64,000 nucleotides of DNA. It comes from the human T2T-CHM13v2.0 reference genome, Homo sapiens. Position 1 is the stretch's first letter. Each line of letters starts with the position of its first letter. The position numbers were made by a program, and so were the translations under genes. The stretch is taken from the NCBI RefSeq assembly GCF_009914755.1, contig NC_060930.1; one strand, given 5' to 3'. Below are positions 62,258 through 64,000 of this stretch, piece after piece. The notes below the pieces were generated by a model that was given only the letters and a program-made list of their open reading frames with translations, was not told the DNA's origin and made no database searches.

Positions 62258-63204
62258 GAAGTTTATGTAGTGGAGCTTCCTGGAGGAAAAAAGGGTAGGA
62301 GAAGAGCCCAGATAGCTTTGTCTAAATCTTAAAATTGTTGACGCATTTTTATTCCAGAGACTAAACTAAAAACAATATTTATTTTGGATAGATTTCAGAA
62401 GAAATATTCATCCATTACAAAGTCAATCTTACTTTTATAACTATTCATTTGTTTATGTATATATTTGCAATTTCATTCTATAAAGGGTATGAATAGTTTA
62501 TCTTACTCTTAATTTTTACCTAATTTACATTTTTGGCCTACTGTGTTGTTTCACAGATTAAAAACTATAGTAGTATATTTGCCCTTAACAGACAGATGCT
62601 ACAGAACAGTTTATTTTTCATTTATGGAACTTAGACATGAGTCTCTAAAGGAAAATAATGCAAAATGCCTTGCACTATATAATTCAACAAAAACGTATTT
62701 TCTTTATTTAGTAGTTGGAACTACTTTACTGGCCATTACAGTCTGTTCTAGGTTTTCTAAAATCTTCAAATATTATTTTACGTATAGTAAATTCAATTGC
62801 TTTAGAAATTTACCAATGTATCATTGCTATTGCACCTGTGTATGTAGGAAAAGGTATTGCACAGTAAATCTAATATTAATTATTTCCTTCTAAATTCCTT
62901 TAAATTCTTGTTTATATTTAGCTTAACACAGGAGGCATAAATGTATTTTATCTAAATCTGAATAATGTAATGCAACAAGTAATTACACCAATAACTCTAT
63001 GTGGTGTTTTTATTCAATGTCGATTTATCTAATATTTAATATAAAATTTTAGTTTTCTGTTTTTACTAAACTATTTTTTTCTAAGTCATATAAAATGAAT
63101 AGTTTGAATTAACTTTAGGTATATGGCTTGTCCATTAAAACTTGTTGGAAAAAAAAGGCATTTCATGAAAAGAATTATAGCACTACTGATATTAGAGGAG
63201 GCAG

Positions 63205-63262
63205 TATATATATTATATATTATGTGTATACGTGTGTGTGTGTGTGTGTGTGTGTATAGATA
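63205..63262. repeat. (TA)n/(TG)n microsatellite
   Basis: Directly visible. Confidence 0.9.
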
Positions 63263-64000
63263 TATTCTGCTTAACATTCAATCTGTTTTTAAGGGCATAA
63301 CAGACATATTTTCAGATTTTGGGGGAATGGTTGGATTTTATTGTATCAATTATGAACATCTATCGAATTGAAATTTGAGGAAAATTATTGTTTCTGAAAT
63401 GTGAAGAATAGACTAAAGAAGGATAGAGGAAAACACTATCAGCACAGTTAGCAGGACATTACAGCAATGTAAATATGATGATAGAACAAGATAAGTGGAA
63501 CTGGGGATGAAATGTGCAGCCCTAACAGCCACTTGGGAGGCAAAATGAAAAAGAGAAGTGGAGAAAGAAAAAGTCAATGTACTTTACTTATTTATACCTG
63601 AAATCATGCAAGAGATGCATTATGTTAGTGGTTTATATTCTTGATTCTCCTTTGCAATACTAAAAATTGAAAAGATCACTCAACACTTATACCAGAAAAT
63701 AAAAAAATAATAATTCTAGGTCCTGCTTTATTTACCCTTAGCTTGTGTTAGCAGGTCAGAACACAAGTTAATTTCGATATACCACTTAATCATGGCCCAA
63801 AATTTTAAGCTTCCTGACTCAGAACATTGTTAAGAGCCTCAAAGAAATCATGTCTGTGAACTATATACTAGTTGAATATAAAAATATAAATAGTTGTCTT
63901 TCTCAGGATAGTAGAAAAAGTGTTAAAATAAATGAAAAATCGATTTGCATTCTGAAAGCTACCAAGGAGTAGAGGCTCTGACAGTTTTTAAGAATTAAAT

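Overview
Primate (very likely human/catarrhine; AluY and young L1PA present) AT-rich intergenic or deep-intronic DNA. No cellular protein-coding gene, RNA gene or CRISPR array is supportable. Much of the window is recognisable transposable-element debris. It holds three + strand L1PA copies with target-site duplications (TSDs), a twin-primed older L1, a Tigger1 split by an L1, and MER44, MER58A, MER5 and hAT DNA elements. It also has Alus, MIR and L2 relics, and many solo LTRs (THE1, MST, MLT1, MER66, LTR16, MER11D). Nearly all long ORFs are L1, Tigger or ERV remnants, or low-complexity artefacts. The most unusual structure is an internally deleted HERV-S (HERVL18/LTR18) provirus at 54749-57870. 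Its 5' LTR has no U3 and is instead a fold-back of two head-to-head R-U5 arms, so the element ends in a U5 ...TGACA-type terminus at both sides, and those arms are a different LTR18 variant from its 3' LTR. I see no convincing new multi-gene system. Family and subfamily names come from recalled consensus sequences, not a database search.
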